Shown here: positions 59,638 through 64,000 of the stretch, in pieces
Layout of the letters: every line of letters starts with the position of its first letter
How positions within the stretch are numbered: position 1 is the stretch's first letter
Origin: Neocallimastix sp. 'constans'
Lineage: Eukaryota
Reading direction: 5' to 3'
DNA length: 64,000 nucleotides
Assembly: GCA_050613775.1 (NCBI GenBank)
Contig: JBODTK010000158.1
Coordinates: forward strand, 186,001-250,000
Program-made: the position numbers and the translations under genes
Notes under the pieces: model-generated
What the model was told of the DNA's origin: nothing
The model's database searches: none
The model's input: the letters and a program-made list of their open reading frames with translations, nothing else

Positions 59638-62193
59638 ATGAATAATGTTGACAATATTTTAAATACCAATGAAGTATTTATACCACCAAAAGATAATGAA
59701 AATCAGTTGCAATCTTTATTTAAAATTTATTTAGAAATAGCATTAAGAAAAGCAGCTTTAGCTTCATTATCATCTTCTATATATAATAATAATAATAATT
59801 TAACAATGGAACAACAAATATCAAATTCACAAAAAAATTCTGTAAACATACCCCCTGTTTCATCTATTCCTTCACCATTATCAGGTCCATATCAATATTC
59901 TGCTACAACACCTACTTCTTCTTCTATTCCATTAACCAATTCACATAATTTAAGGACGAGTTCATTTAAATTAGGACAAAATGTAATAAATGAAAAAAAA
60001 ATTTTTTATTGATATTAATAGTACAATATACATAATAATAATGTTTCATTTTAAAAAATAACAAACAATTAAAATAAAATTTTTTTATTTATAATATGTT
60101 AATTTAATATTTGAATATAAATAAATATTTAACAAAATTTCCATTTTTAATAATTAATATATATCAATTTTATATTTAATATTTACTATAAAAAGAACTT
60201 ATATAATACTAATTCTTTTAATACAACGGTGTCTACTTCACCTTTTATGATATCATCACCATCAAAATCAAGAGTGAATTCAAGTTCGTCAACTCCAAAC
60301 ATAGATATCAATAATATTGATTTAATATCATTAATTAATCAGTGTCCATCATCAGTAAATATATGGGATTCAATTCAATCTATTGTACAATCGATTAATA
60401 AGGAATTACCTAATAATCAGTTATTATCAATTCCAATATCAGGTGCTTCTTCTATTACATCATCAGCACAAAGTGTACCTTCTAATTCATCTTCTAATCG
60501 AGGTATTTATTCAATTCCAATAAATTCAAATAGTTCAAAAGAAAAAGAAGAGTTACTCGATCAATTTCGTCAACAACAAATAAATCATATTAACCAATTA
60601 AATGCTAACTTAATGAAATATAATAATAAAGATGATTATAATAGGAGCAATAGTAATAATAATACTTCTAATTATTATGACGAATCAAAATTAAATTTTA
60701 TATCTTCTAAAGAAGATAATAAATCAGCAAATTCTTTGGGTTCTTCTTTAAAGATTAATTCACCACAATTAAATAATATTCTTACACCAAATCTTTTAGA
60801 TGCTAATAGTAAATATGAAATTCAAAAAAGTTATAGAGCTTCTATTAATCCACTTACGTTAAATCGTAATGGTTCACTTAAAGCTTCAATATATTCAGGA
60901 AATGATATGGATCAAGAAAATATATTTTTAACTGAAACCTCACCAAAACTACAAGTACCCGGAAATGATAAGACAATTGATGAAAAGATCGCATCATCAT
61001 ATTCATTAAATGAATTAAAAAATTCTTCGGTATTAGAAGCCGTTGATGATAATCATTATAATTATGATATTGATTTTGATGATCTTGAAAATAAATTGAT
61101 TATTGATATTCCTATTGAAATTAATCCTGTTATTGAGAAAATTAGAGGTTTAAGAAAAAATAGAGAAATTCAATTAATGATTGATAAAATTTCAGAATAT
61201 TGTGAAGAAAAATTACAAAGAGTAAATATACTTATATATAGTAATTAAAAAAATAAAAAAAAAAAAATAATAATAATAAATAAATAAATATAGAATCGTA
61301 TTATATTACATAATTTATATTTATTTATTTATTTATTAATTTATTTATTTATTAATTTTACAAATATTAAAATAATTATTATTTATTATTATTATAATAA
61401 ATAATTTTCAATTTATATTATTACAGATTGCCAATACATTATTATATGATATTGAAATGTGTATTACTGAAATTTTAGTATTAGCACCATTTGTTTTATC
61501 AAAAGTATCATATATTTTAGATCCAACTTATTCACAGGATATTATAAATTCATCCACAACATCAAATTTTATGCGCTCAACAACTTCTCTTTTATCCTAT
61601 ACTAAAATTGTTTTAGCTTTACATGATACTTGGTATTTAAATGGTCCACAGGACATTGATATTAAGGTTACTCAAGGTATATGTTCAAAATTATTAGAAG
61701 CTATATCATCTATTCGTAGAAAAGTTGATCGTATAAAAATGAAAAGTGAAGGGAAGGAAGCTAAGAATAACTTACAGGTATTTATATATTTAAAACCTTC
61801 AAATTTGATTTATAAATATTTTCATTGTCATTAATATATTATCAATATTAGTATATTCGATAGTATAAGAATTAATGTTTTTAATTTTTCATTAATAAAA
61901 ATTTTTTTTTATTAATTCATGATAAATAATAATTAATAATATAATATTAAAAATATATTTTTGATAATTTGATAATTTATGATAAATTAAACATTTTAAT
62001 GATATTAGGCTTCATATCCGCAATTGATTTCAACATGTTATTTTTATGTGACATTATTAGATGATTTAATGAATTCAATCGTAAAAATTGATAGTTTGTC
62101 TACATCTTCTACTTTAAATAGAAAAAGTCCAGATCCAATTGCATTATTAAGTAATTAATTTATATATTTATATAATTAATATTTTAATATAAA

Positions 62194-62227
<34 letters not shown>

Positions 62228-64000
62228 ATGGTTATTTCTATTTATGTTTTTTAATAAAATTAAATTTTTATATTTATATTATTTTAAGGTCGTCAAAGAC
62301 ATCCGCCAAGAGGGGAATCATTATCTGTACAATATAAACTAACAGAAAATTCAAAAAAAATTGAAAATTTCATTAATCGTGTGGAAGTTGGTTCAAAGAA
62401 ATTAAATATGGAAAAAAATTTAAAAACCATTAACACTAATGATACTAAGGATATTCCAACTCATGATATATTATCAATGTCTTACATTAATAATAAAAAT
62501 AAGGGTGGTAATAATTTAATAAGAAATGAACATGTGTATATGCAAGATGGTCAATTTACATATAAAAAGAATAATAACACCTCTAGAAATACTTATACAG
62601 AAATTAAAAATATAAACAATAATAATCATTACAAAGAACAATATGATGATGAGGAAAGATCGGAGGATGATCAAGAAAATAATAAAAGAAAAAAGTATGC
62701 TACTTTTATTAATTTAGATGAAAATGAAAATATTATTCAAAAATATAAGCAAGAAAATAATATTATTGAAGAAGAAGATGAAGAAGACCAACAACAACAA
62801 CTACTCGCTTCAAAACAAGAAAAGTTGAATGAAAATGAAGCATATTATATTTCACGTATAAAAAATTATAAGTTAGAAAATAATTATGATCCTATTTCAA
62901 GTCAAAGTACACCTATAATAGACTCAGCAGAACATATTTCTAATGAAAACAATTATAATGAATTAGATATGTCGACATTAAATTATAAAGCTAGTATCAG
63001 TAATAATAATCTTCATAAAAATTATATAGAAGAAGATGATGAAAATGATTATGAAAATGATGAAGCCTACTACACTTATATTTTACAAAAGAATCGTAAA
63101 AACAAATTTAAAGGTAGAACATTGACTAAAACAAGTTCTTCTTCAGAAATAACAGAACAACAACAACAATTATTATCAGAACCAAAAGTAGAGCATAGTG
63201 GAGCAATAGATAATGAAATGTCATATTTAGATAATGGTAATAAGACCATTACTATTTATAAAGAAACAAAAAATTCAGAATTAAATGTTAAAAATGTTGA
63301 AAAGAAAGATGAAAAATCTAAGCATGATCATAAAAAATCATTATCAGAAGAAAAATCCTTTAAGAAAAAACTTTTGAGATATGAAAGAAAGCAAATTAGA
63401 AAAGAAATTGAAGCTTCTGAAAAAAGATCCGTTATTTTTGATGATATTAAGTATTTTAGAAGAAATCAAAATTCATTCAATATTAAAAATTTCGTTAATC
63501 AATCAGAGGCTTCAACTGATAATAGTTATTTTAGTAATAAATATGCCATAAATAAAGGTACAATATATTTCTTTGAAGAAGGAAGAGAAGTAATAGGATT
63601 TGAAGTTACCAGTGAAAAAATATCAATTGTTTCTGGTACAGTTGAAAAATTACTTTTAAGATTAGCTAATGAGTCTACTTATAATGAAGAATATGTGGAT
63701 ACTTTTATTCAATATCATCAGTTCTTTATTTCATCTGTAGATCTTATGCATAATCTTATTGCTCGTTTTAATGTTCAATTAGAAAATAAGGAAGATGCGG
63801 ATGAACAAAAGTTCAATAAATGGCGTAAACAAATTCAATTAAAAGTTATTTATGCTCTTAATCGTTGGATATCCATTCAGTATAATTGTTTTGTTAAGAA
63901 TGCATTAGTCCATGCTCTTTTAGAATATTTTATTTCTGCTATATGGTCATCGGGATTTAAAAACGAAGCTGATCGTTTAAAGAGAAATGCTACAAAAATT
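59638..64000 (+). CDS. Ras guanine-nucleotide exchange factor (REM domain seen), 3' end beyond the right edge
   Basis: Exons 59638-59982, 60196-61221, 61427-61777, 62009-62150 and 62289 onward splice in frame. The last exon ends in IVSGTVEKLLLRLA...YVDTFIQYHQFFISSVDLMHNLIARF...IQLKVIYALNRWI, a typical RasGEF N-terminal (REM) domain. Confidence 0.88.

Overview
Extremely AT-rich eukaryotic DNA with short GT-AG introns and long poly-A/T and (TTA)n tracts. The composition and gene style suggest an anaerobic gut fungus (Neocallimastigomycota); this is inference. Host genes: CSE1/exportin-2 (about 18 exons, minus strand, running off the left edge), an intronless membrane RING-H2 E3 ligase, a secreted Thr/Glu-rich protein broken at two homopolymers, an 81-aa orphan ORF, an intronless Mep/Amt ammonium transporter, a 4-exon four-EF-hand protein and a RasGEF (REM domain, running off the right edge). 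Between them lie many decayed retroelements: four LINE pieces (one 5'-truncated but with an open RT frame, sitting in a (TTA)n array), a Ty3/gypsy gag-pol relic, several Ty1/copia relics and two solo LTRs with 4-bp TSDs. Two observations stand out. (1) Three copia-type LTR ends are each followed by a primer-binding site complementary to the anticodon arm of tRNA-Lys(CUU), implying priming by a tRNA half-molecule. (2) A ~1.2-kb non-coding island upstream of CSE1 has ~10-bp phased A/T tracts, several inverted repeats and a recurring GGYTCCAGA motif. All calls were made by eye without database searches.
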